From Malacoraja senta (lineage: Eukaryota), in assembly GCA_038087875.1 (NCBI GenBank), contig CM075996.1, forward strand, positions 10,790,001-10,841,240: DNA of 51,240 nt. The letters are read 5' to 3'. A model generated the notes under the pieces. The model did no database searches and had not been told where the DNA came from. It worked only from the letters and a program-made list of their open reading frames with translations. A program made the translations under genes and the position numbers. Below, piece after piece: positions 24,901 to 36,900 of the stretch. Numbering within the stretch: position 1 is the stretch's first letter; every line of letters begins with the position of its first letter.

Positions 24901-27900
24901 CTGGCTTATACCACAGATAGACATCAGCAAGACAGGCAGCATCTCTGGGGGGCAGGAATGGATGACATTTCGGGTCGAGACGTATGAAAAAGGGTCTCAA
25001 TCCGAAACATGATCCATTCCTTCTCTCCAGAGATGCTGCCTGTCCCGCTGAGTTACTCCAGCATTTTGTCTTTTTTTCTATAATATTATAACCACTCAAA
25101 CAATCTACCTGCTGCAGTTCCTGGTGACTCTCTCCTTGCAATCTTTCTTCTGCAGTCCTGCCAATGTTGTAAACCTTTCTTGTGCCTCTCTAGTGCACTC
25201 CCATCAATCCTGTAGGGAGGCAACCAGAATCCACTCAATGTTACAGGTACAGCTGAGCTAACAGTTACAAGATGCATGTCCCACTATCTTCAAAGACGCA
25301 TGAACAAGCTCTCTAAAGATAGACACAAAATGCTGGAGTAACTCAGCAAGACGGAACATTAGATGCTGCCTGGTCCGCTGAGTAACTCCAGCATTTTGTG
25401 TCTATCTTCAGTGTAAACCAGCATCTGCATTTCCTTCCTACACAACAAGCTCTCCAAGATCTTTCTGTTCCCCACCACAGTTCAGTATTCTTTCAGCTAT
25501 AATGTATGTCCTTGCCTTGTCTCCCTTGCCAAAGGATCAACAATTGTAAAATAATGTATTTTTTAAGATGACAAAGATACTGCTTTGCATTGATTTCAAT
25601 GTTTACAAGGAGGAGCACTGACTATCCTGCTCTTGTGTGTTTAGAAGGAGACGGCGTTGCTCCCACTTATCCACAAGCTGCTCTTCGGTTCCTCAGAAGA
25701 CAACACAGGGGAACCACTGGCAGCACAGCTGGTGCACCGCAAGGAACTTGAGGCCCTCCTTGCTGGCTTGGAGAAGAAGATCCTATCAGATGCTTCGCTT
25801 CATCCTGGTCCTGCAATGGAGGCACACTCGGCAGCTGTCAAAGCAGGAATTATTAAGGTACAAGCATGCAAGCAGCCAGTGGCTCTAACTCTAGAGCAGA
25901 CTATTGTAGTTCTAGACAGTAATTTATTCATAATATATACATTTAATGAAATTGGGGCATGTCTTGCTCTATGTTTCATCAATTCAGCACTTTCGCTTGC
26001 AATGTGTCAATGAACACCACATCCTTAACAGTGCTCCCATGAAGTGCCTGAGAGTCCCTCAGTGTCTAGTGGTGGCCGGACCTTAGACATAGATACATAG
26101 AAAATAGGTGCAGGAGTAGGCCATTCGGCCCTTCGAGCCTGCTCCGCCATTCAATATGATCATGACTGATCATCCAACTCAGTATCCCGTACCTGCCTTC
26201 TCTCCATACCCCCTGATCCCCTTAGCCACAAGGGCCACATCTAACTCCCTCTTAAATATAGCCAATGAACTGGCCTCAACTACCCTCTGTGGCAGAGAGT
26301 TCCAGAGATTCACCACTCTCTGTGTGAAAAAGTTTTTCCTCATCTCGGTCTTAAAGGATTTCCCCCTTATCGTTAAGCTGTGACCCCTTGTCCTGGACTT
26401 CCCCAACATCGGGAACAATCTTCCTGCATCTAGCCTGTCCAACCCCATAAGAATTTTGTACGTTTCTATAAGATCCCCTCTCAATCTCCTAAATTCTAGC
26501 GAGTATAAGCCAAGTCTATCCAGTCTTTCTTCATATGAAAGTCCTGACATCCCAGGAATCAGTCTGGTGAACCTTCTCTGCACTCCATCTATGGCTATAA
26601 TGTCCTTCCTCAGATTTGGAGACCAAAACTGTACGCAATACTCCAGGTGTGGTCTCACCAAGACCCTGTACATAAGTTTTGAAAAATTATCACTAATGCA
26701 TCCACTATTTCTAGACCGCGGCCACTCCCCCACAGCCTCTGCGGTGACTGCACTGAGCTTCAGTGTGTCCCTCACACCACATACACTCGCACCCTGGAAT
26801 GTGCCAGTTGGCAGCAATTCATTTACCAACATTTTATCCGACACCTTTACCGACAGGAAGATCAATTTTTGTGCAGACCAACGTGAGTCTTCCGCTGAGA
26901 TAATGATCTTCCAGCAGCAGTTGACATTTATCTTGTTGTGCGTCCCTGTGAACAGCTCATAGATCACTGATGCACAACTGCTCAGGGTGAACCATGTGAA
27001 GAGCCCTTGCATTCTTCTTCTGACCTTCCTGTCAAACACCCAGTGCATAAGGAGGTGAATGTTGTCCACACCACAACCACCTCAATGGCAGCGTGCAGTG
27101 GGGTGCTTTTCTGACCGAGCAGGCAGGATCTGACGGAGGGCTCCTCACACTACTGTTGGCAAGTTCCTCTGTCTGCTTAGGGAGCCATCTGATGGGATCC
27201 ATCGAGTTCTTCTCCCACAGTGCCTGTAGCTCGTTCTACGTTGATCACTTGTGGTCACAGGTAGTTTTCTTCAGGAACCTTTCTGTGAAGGACAGGTAGT
27301 AAGGCAATGTCAAACTGAATAGAACATTGCATAAATCTACACCAGCCAACATGTTCCAGCTACACTAGTCCCACCTGCCTGCGTTAGCCCCATATCCCTC
27401 CAAACCTCTTCTATCCATGTCAATGTAGTTTACTGATTATTTACCGGATCACATAATCCTGCTACCTTCTATGCAGTATACTTGTGGCAATGTTACAAAA
27501 TTTTGAGATTTTAAAAATCAAGTCTGCAATTTATCCCATCAGATAAGGCATAAAAAGAAGTTTAATTTGACACCTAATTCACTTTCATATCTTGAGTATT
27601 AAAAAAGTTATGGCCATTTTCATACTCTGAAATTAGCATCTTGTTCCCTATTGCTTTTCCATTGACTTAACTCAAAAGCTGTGATCGAGGACAGTCAAAA
27701 GCCCATAACTTTCTTAAAGATTAAGAGAACTGAATGAAATTTTCAGTTATTATAGATTAAAGCATTCTAAAATCCAAGCATTACTTGGATGACCTGAAAT
27801 TAAAGCATATAATTAGTTAGTTACCTAATTGTAGCTAATTACAAAATTCAATTACTAGATCTAAACATCTATCCGTTTCTTAAGAAAAGGTTAACATTTT

Positions 27901-30900
27901 TAAATAGCCTAAGTGTTCAAATAACATTCAAACAAGATTTCACAATATAACATGATTTTTAAATCTCATTGTCATGAATTTATAGGCCAAATGGAAGGAA
28001 TTTAGTGTTTAATTCCCGTAAATTAATGGCCATTTAAATCATCTTGCTTGTGGAACGCGATCGTTTGGAACGTTGCGGTTTGCGGTGAATTTAAACCCCA
28101 TATCGGCAAGAAAAACACTGCCAGCTCGTATGGGCCCTAATCACCTTTTCGCAACGTAAAATTTGGATTAAAGTAATCCTAAGAAGCAAGTTTATATGTA
28201 AAATAAACGGCATACCTTTATTTGTCCCAGACGGGAGATCCGTCCCGTTGTCGGCGTTGACGGCGTTAGAAGTCGATTTCTATTTTACTCCTGCGATTAA
28301 ATTATCCAGCGATGTTTAAAAAAAAACTTGATTGAACGGATGTCGGAGCGATTTCTCTGCAGCAGCATAACAGCCTGAGAAAGATCGACTCAGGCTGTTA
28401 ATTCCCGCCCCCCTCTCAAAGGCACCAAATTCGCGCACACAGCCAGTGGCAGAACTGCAGCGCCGCTGAAGGTAAGTTTTGTAACATACCTAATACTTGG
28501 GCTCTCCATTGCTCACTTTAATTAGACCTTGCTAATTCCAGATTATGGGAATGGATAAGAGGGATCATTTTGTGGGAACTGTTGAAGGGGGCATTGCCGT
28601 CTGGTTTCTGTATGTGTGTGGGCTCTGCACTCTATTGCACTCTACTGCCCCCTTCTTATCCCAGATTATTGTTATTTTTTCCTTTGGTAGGAAGTGAAAA
28701 GCATTGTGGAGCAAGCCTTGAAACTGTACAGCGCTGACAGGGTTGGATTGGTGGATTATGCACTGGAATCTGCTGGTAAGTATCAGCAAAAGCCCGGGCC
28801 AAGTAAAACTGAATGTAACAGACTGAAAGGGTGTTGTGTGGGCTGGCACTTTAGTCATGTTTGACTTGCTCCTGTGGAATGGGGTGTTCTTTCACACTGG
28901 GCAATATGTCCTGAATAGGCAAGTACAGATCTATGTTCACAATACAGGTTTCCCCAGAGCTGCTGAGGTTCACACTGCTGAATGTTAATTTAACTTGTAA
29001 CTGCTTGATGTTGCGCCAGCCACAACTCATTTAAAGGCCGAGCCATCGATGGGATGGCCTTGCCCTGGGGCACCATTGGCTATCTTCATTCTGTCCACTG
29101 CTCCATCATCCCTGCAAACACATAGGTTAATCTCTTGTGCACTCTTTCCGAAGCTTCATGTCTTTCTGAGGGCAAGGCAGCCAGGACTGGATGCACTACT
29201 CCAGCTGTGGCCAAGCCTGTGTTTTACAAAGTTCCCCCATCACTTCTTTGCTCTTGTGCCCTGAGCTGTTATTTATAAAGTACAGGAGTTTTTAAACAAC
29301 ATCCTAAACTTCCTTCTTTCAGTAAACTAGGCACATATATCACCCATGTGTGTAAGAAGGATGTGACGGTCTGATGAAGGGCCTCGACCCGAAACATCAC
29401 CCATTGCAGAGACACTGTTGTTTCTTCACTCCCTCTAGTTTACATTGCCTTATTCCTCCTCCCAAAATGAAATATTTCACATTTGAATTATAGCTGTAAC
29501 CAGCCTGTTCAAACCCTATTCTGTATTTGCCTCCAATTCCATTAATATCCCCTGTTCACAGTATCATCTGCAAATCTGGAACTCCAAGTCATTTAATGCG
29601 TATGAAGCAAAGATGGGTCTTATTCTGCCCTCTGGCCAATTTTACAGTTAACCTACAAACCTGTACATCTTTGGAGTGTGGGAGGAAACCAGAGCACCCG
29701 GAGAAAACCCATGCAGCCACAGGGAGAATGTAAAAACTCAGTACAGACAGCACCCGTTGTCAGGATCAAACCCAAGTCTCTGGTGCTGTCAGGCAGGAGG
29801 TCTACCGATTCGTCACTGCTGCCCTGATTTAATTGCTCCCCTCTTCTGTTGGTTAGCCAGTTTTATTCCTTGAAGCAAAGTTTAAGTTGCAGAGAAAGTG
29901 AGAACAAAATAGATAGACTGGAGACCAGGAGACATTTGAGATGAACGTCGATACCAGCTGGATCGGTGAAGATGCAACTAGTGGCAGGCGAATGAAATCT
30001 TAAACACTGTAGAAATGCAAGAAAAGAAGACAAGCTCATGGTTTGAAAGGTGGATAGAAGCTTGGTTCTTCTCAAGCTAACATTGGAATTGTGTAGAAAG
30101 CTGAAGATCTACTTTAGGTTTCAGCCATCTGCAGAATCACCAGGATGCTGCCTGGATTAGACAGAATGCTAGAATAGAATATTAGCTATAAGGGGAGGTT
30201 GGACAAACGGAATGTTTTTGCTGGAGCGTCAGAGGCTGAGACAAGACCTGATAGAAGTATATCAAATTATGAGTGAGATATATAGAGCAGTCTTTTCCCC
30301 ATGGTGGAAATGTCAAATATGCGAGGGCATAGAGTTAAGGTGAGAGGGGGGGATGTTTAAAGGAGATGCGTGAGGCAAGTTTTTCTTGCACAGCTGTAGG
30401 TGTGTTGTCAGGGGAGGTGGTGGAAGCAGATACAATAGTAATATTTAAAAGGCATTTGGACAGATACATGTACAGACAGGGAGTAGAGGGATGCAGACCA
30501 TGTCCAGTCAGATGGATGAGTTAGGCTGACATCATGGTCAGTGCAGACACAGTGGGACAAAAGGGCCTGTTCATGCGATGTAAATAGATGTTCTACAATA
30601 TATGAGAAATATATGTTCTACAATATAAATTGTCCTTTCTGGTTAGTCTCTAAACTAGGTCAGATGTAAAGCTATATGGCTTTATAATATTGAGAAAAAA
30701 AACCTATCCAGACAGCAGCACATGTTCCCAGCTAACTGCCCACAAATAACAATATTTTTATACCTTGGTCAGCGGGTAGACGTTTTGCTTCCATTTTATG
30801 TAACATAAATCTTTCTCATTGTACTTATTTTTTTGCATAAAAGATCCTTGTTTATTATAGTTGTATTGAATGTAAAAATGATGAGAGCAAGTAAATGGTT

Positions 30901-33900
30901 GAGATTTGGGAGGGTACTTATCCAACCACTGCCACCTGGTGGGCATTCAGCTGTGTATTTAAAGTTTCAGCTGGATTCTGTGCTCCAACCTGTTGGACAT
31001 TGTATGAAAATTACCTTTCAAGTTTACTTAAACTACTGCGATTGTAACATTAAATTATTTCTGCATTTGTGCTGGATGTGTTGAGTTCTTGGACAAATTG
31101 GAAAGTTCTCCTTAGTGGTCAGCACTCAAGCAAAAACTTTCCAATCCCTCTGCCAGAGTTTTGCAGTTCTCTGCAAACCTACATATTCCTTGAAGGATTC
31201 ATGATTAACTTTGTCCATTCAGTGATATGATAATGATTATTTTTTCTCTTGTTAGGTGGCAGTGTGATCCACACGCGCTGCTCAGAGACGTTAGAGACCA
31301 AGACTGCTCTTCTTAGTCTGTTTGGCTTTCCACTGTGGTACCAATCTCGGTCACCCAGAGCTGTCATTCAGGTATATAATGCTTGTACTGCTGCTCCCTT
31401 CTGTCTTGAAAGCAGTGACCTTTGAATACTCTCCTAGAGGCAGCAAGGTACAGGGACGCTATAGGTCCACAACTTCAAGATTTGCTGTTGGGGGCACCAC
31501 AACTAATGTGTGTGTCTTCTGCTTTACCAAGGTTTATGTGAAACATACTCTGTCTGCATAACAGTTCTTCCCTGTCAGAAGAATGCAAGGTATTGATATA
31601 TATGTCGAAAAAATCATGCACTGGCCCACCATGCGTGCTTGTTCAGTACCACAGTTGTGGGATATGCAATAGAAACATGGAAATTATGAACAGGAGTAAG
31701 CAATGTGGGCCTTCAAGCCCACTCAACCCCTCAGTATGATCATGGCTGATCATCCAAATTGAGTCCCCAGTTGGGGGACTCCCCATACCCTTCTCCCCAT
31801 ACCTCTTGGTCCCTCTAGCTACAAGAACAATATTTAACTCATGAGTATATTCAACGATCTGATTTCAATTGCATTCCATGATAGAGAATTCCTCTGGTTC
31901 ACCACTCTGGATGAAGAGATTTCTCCCCCTCTGAGTTCTACATGACCTCACCTTATCCTCGCACTGTGATCCTGGTCCTGAAACTCCCCAGCATCAGGAA
32001 CATCTTTCCAGTCCTTAGAACTTCTAAATTTTGTAGGTTTCTAAAAAATGATCATTCCTTCCAAACTCCAGTGAATATTGACCAGATTGCTCTTCATACG
32101 CCAGCCCTGCTATTCCTACAGTTAATCTGCTGCAATTTTGATCTGTTGCCTCCATAGCAAAAATATCCTTCCTTAAGAAAAGTGGGCTCCTTCCATCTGC
32201 TTTAACCAAATTACGATGCTTTATGGTCCCATTCCTCTCACCTGGATGTAGATTGCCAGTGTGTTTGTCAAATCTTCAATTAAGTACAGATTTTTAAAAT
32301 CCACTTATGGAGTCATATAGCACAGAAACAGGCCCTTTGTGCCCAACACATCCACGTCAAACATCAACTAATCCCATTTGCCAGCAGCTTACAGAGGTGC
32401 CTGAGTCCAGAGGGTTGCGGTTTTAAAGCAAAGAAAGATTTAGAGGAAATCGGAGAAAGCATATTTTGGGTTGCATTTGATCACACTGCCCGAGACAGAG
32501 GTCCTGCTGGTTCAGGTACTTGTCCTGATACTTTGTAAATGGTGTGAGAGTATCTGTCTTGGGGGCAGTGTGTTAAAAATGTCTCAGTAACTCCTGTTTT
32601 CTGCATTAACTTAATAATTGTCACACCATGAACCAAAAGCAGCAATGGGCTCTGCTGGAAAATTGTAGCGTGTTTTCTCATTGTGCAGGGTTGAGGTAAA
32701 TTGGCAAGAAACATTGAGGGTCGATACTGCAGATTCCTGCCATAGTAACCCACACCCCAACAACCCATTCCTGTTCCCAAAATCACCCTTGACACCCGTT
32801 CTAATCAAGAATTTGTCTATCTCTGTCTTAAAAATATCCACTGACTTGGCCTCCACAACCCTCTGTGGCAATGAAGTTCCTCCTCCTTTCTAAAAGCGCA
32901 CCCTTTAATTCTGAGGCTACGACCTCTGGTCCTAGACCCCTCCCACCAGTGGTAACATCCTTTCCACATCCACTCTATGCCTTTCATTATTCTGTAAGTA
33001 CCCTCGTATCCTCACGTGGATCGTGTCCAAAAATCCATCTTTGCTGTCCCTTTCGGAAGAATCAGTGTTCTGTTGAAAGGAAGGGGAATAATTGTGGGTA
33101 GAGAATTGTGGGTGGCACAGTAGTAGAGTTGTTGCCTTACAGCGCTTGCAGCACCAGAGACCCCGGTTCGATCCCAACTATGGGTGCTGTCTGTACGGAG
33201 TTTGTACGTTCTCCCCGTGATCTGCGTGAGTTTATTTCCTAGATCTTCGGTTTCCTCCCACTCTCCAAAGACGTACAGGTTTGTAGGTTAATTGGCTTGG
33301 TAAATGTAAAACAAAATTGTTCCGACTGTGTGTAGGATAGTGTTAATATTTCTTGTTTCCGCGCTGAATATCTAAATGAAACTGAGAATCTTTCCTAATT
33401 TTTTTTTTCTTGTTCTCTCTTGCAGCCAGAGGTTCATCCTGGGAACTGTTGGCCATTTAAAGGCTCCCAAGGCTTTGTTGTAATCGAGCTTGCTGAATGG
33501 ATCTGGCCTACAGCCTTTACCCTAGAGCACATTCCAAAATCAATTTCTCTGGGTGGATCAATTAGAAGTGCCCCTCAAGACTTCTCTGTTTATGTGAGTG
33601 AAACGTACAGAATATGAGTGTATGTTTGGGAACCATGGTGTTTGTCTGGAGCATGCTGCTGAACATGGCAAGGCTTTCTTGGACATTGGATTCCATGTTC
33701 AGGGTCCCGAGTGGTCTCACAATCCACGTCAATAACATTAACAAGTTCTGTTAAAAATGAGCAAATTCCATTTCACAGTCCAGAACAATAATCCCTCAAA
33801 TAGAAGGCCCTCTAATATAATCTTCAATCTTCCATGCTACACAACTTGCTCATACTGGTGTTTGAACTATGATTCTGGATTTTCACTGTCTTCACTGAAT

Positions 33901-36900
33901 TTTGTCACTTTATTGCACAATCCTCAACGTTACTAACCACAAAAGCTTCATACAGTGATTAAGCAACTGTACAACCAATAGATGAGATTAAAGTTAACAC
34001 TACCCTACACATACTAGGGACAATTTTTATGCCAAGTGCTTTCCTGAGTGGGGGTGAACAATTCTTCACTGGTATTCTCTCAGGATTGAGGATGACTTGC
34101 TTCCACTCTAGTTCTGTGGGTATAGAGGTGCCTGATGAGGCCCCTGTGGTGGGACACACTGATTCTACCACAGATGAGAGTTGATGCTACGCATGCAGGA
34201 CATCGTTTCATTCTGTTTGATTGTGTACAGATTCACTTCATGTGCTAAATGAGGTGATGACATTTTTCCAATTGACTTTTAGGGAACTACTAGTTCTGTT
34301 TCAAATGAAATGACTTTATATATTCAACCAAGCTTTCTTCCAGGCAAGGGTGAAAGTCCTGCTTTCACCAGCTGGTATAATTGTTGAAGTGACTGGAGAG
34401 TAATTTTCTATGTGCAAAGCTTGCTAATTTGTACTTGTTCACAGGGCTTGGATGATGAAAATCAAGCCGAAGGGGTCCTTTTGGGACAGTACACGTATAA
34501 CGTGGAAGGGGATTCAATCCAGACGTTTGAAGTGCAGGTATGGAAGTGCATAAAGGATCATTGATTCTTTGCTGGAACCATCCTATAACCTTTTCCTGAA
34601 GGCTTTTATTTTCCTTTGCCTCAGATATTTATCTAACTTTTACAAAAATATGCTTTGCGATGTAGTAACTGTTAACCAAAATCTGGCATGTGCCAATATT
34701 TGACAGTTAGCTCCCTGGTGTTTGAACGGTGATTCTGAGTTTTGGTGCTGACTTCACCCATGTTTTAGTTTAACTTAGAGATGCAGTTCTGAAACAGGCC
34801 CATAGTCCACACCAACCAACGATCCCCGCACACTCATATTAACAATAGACAATAGGTGCAGGAGTAGGCCATACGGCCCTTCAAGCCAGCACCATCATTC
34901 AATGTGATCATGGCTGATCATCCACAATCAGTATCCCGTTCCTGCCTTCTCCCCATATCCCCTATCATCAAGAGCCCTATCTAGCTCTCTCTTGAAAGTT
35001 TCCAGAGAACCTGCCTCCACTGCCCCCTGAGGCAGAGAATTCCACAGACTCACAAGACCCACACGAGGGACAATTTACATTTATACCAACACAATTAACC
35101 TACAAACCTGTATTTGGTGTGGAAGGAAACCAAAGATCTCGAAGAAAATCTACGGGGAGAATGTACAAACTCTGGAACCCGGAGTTGTAAGGCAGCAACT
35201 CTACCGCTGCGCCTCCGTGCCACCCTTTTCTCACTTAAAACATATTTGCTTTAGGCAAATGCTTTATAGAATGCCAACCTGATTCATTCCAGTATTGGAG
35301 ATCAAGGTGGCAAAGATCAATCACATGATCCAGGAGCCACCAGTGAGTGAATGGGGATGAACTCCAGTGAAGGCAACTAAAGCTTGAAATTCTCGCACAG
35401 TGCTGTTTTCATGCAGTGTCTTGAGATCCCTTTTACTCTGGAAACTGCAGTATTTACTGTGATTGTCCCCGTTGTGCATCTGATGTGGTCTCCGCATTGG
35501 TCTTTGCAGGGGGTTGTCATTCTTTCTTCTTTTGTGGCATTGCCACAGACGTTCAACCAAGTTGATCATGCCCAGGATACTGCGTTATAAAGAACATACT
35601 TTTTTGTGTTTCTTATCACCATTTTTCGGCATGATATTTCATCTGCATGTCCCTCCTCATTCATTTAACCTGTCATTATCCAAAGAAGCCTCTCCTAATC
35701 CTGTTCAGCTCACACAGCCACCCTGCTTTGGTTAGCAAACTTCCATACATTTTGATCCCTTTGTCCAAATTATAAATGGGACTTAGTTGGACACTTTCTG
35801 AAAGTCTAAATACACACCATCTTACTCCTGCTAGTTAAACCATTAAAAAAAAATTGAATGGATTTGTCAAACATTTGTCATTGAAAATCAAACTTGACCC
35901 TACTCAGCCTATTTATTTTAAGCATTATGTTACTACTTCTGTATTAATAGATTGCATTATTTTGCATAACTCAAAGGCAGATTGATCTGTAACTCCTTTT
36001 TTTTAATCTCCCTCCTTTCTGAAATTTCTGTTTTGTGGGAAAAGTTCCACCTTTTATGGAATTTTGAAAGATGACACTGTTGCTATAGCCATCTTTCAAA
36101 ATATTAAGATGCAGTTTGTCCAGCCATGGGGATTTATCATCTTTAGTTACTTCTTTGTTTTACTAATGCTAATTTCCCCGAGCTCCTTCATTCTGGATGT
36201 ATTGTTCTCCACAATTTCTTTCTACCTTAACAATGCAACACTGGTTAGAACCTAAGGTAGGCCCTGTACTGGGCCTCTTGATCCCCAAGATCTAATCCTA
36301 ATCATTCTTGTTCCTGCGCCACTGGTCAGCTAAGACTTACAATGGAGGCCCTATCTAGATTCATGTCCAACCCCCTTTCCCCAATCTTGCTTGCAGTTGA
36401 TCCCTTCTCAACTGAACAGATTTGCAGCCCCCTTCAGTAATGCTCATGGGTCTTGGCTGTGAGATCTGACCCAAGGGATCAGATGGACTGTCAATAAGTT
36501 TTCTCACATGTGTCTTTTGCTAAAGATTAAATATGTTTGGCAAGTATGTCAGGAGTTTGATTTGCAAATAGCGCATTGTGTAAGAAGGAAATGCTGATAC
36601 TGCAGATGCTTTACACCGAAGATGAACACAAAATGCAGGAGTAACTCAGTGGGACAGGCAGCATCTTTGGAGAAAGGAATGGGAGGGGTTTCGGGTCGAG
36701 ACCTTTCTTCAGACTCGTATTATCGCAAATATCGTATTGACTGGAACAAATGACGAGTTAAAAATAGAAAATTGCAAATCTGCAGGTGATGGAGGACTGA
36801 AACACAATGCTAGAAATACTTGGATCAGGTGCAAAGATAGGGAAACCGAGGAGAGCTGGATCAGTGGCTGATCTACTTGAAGCATCTACAAGTTTCAAAC

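Noticed and set aside
26179..27069. 296-aa minus-strand ORF
   Set aside because: A chance read-through from a decayed Tx1 fragment into a deleted CR1 3' end, not a gene.
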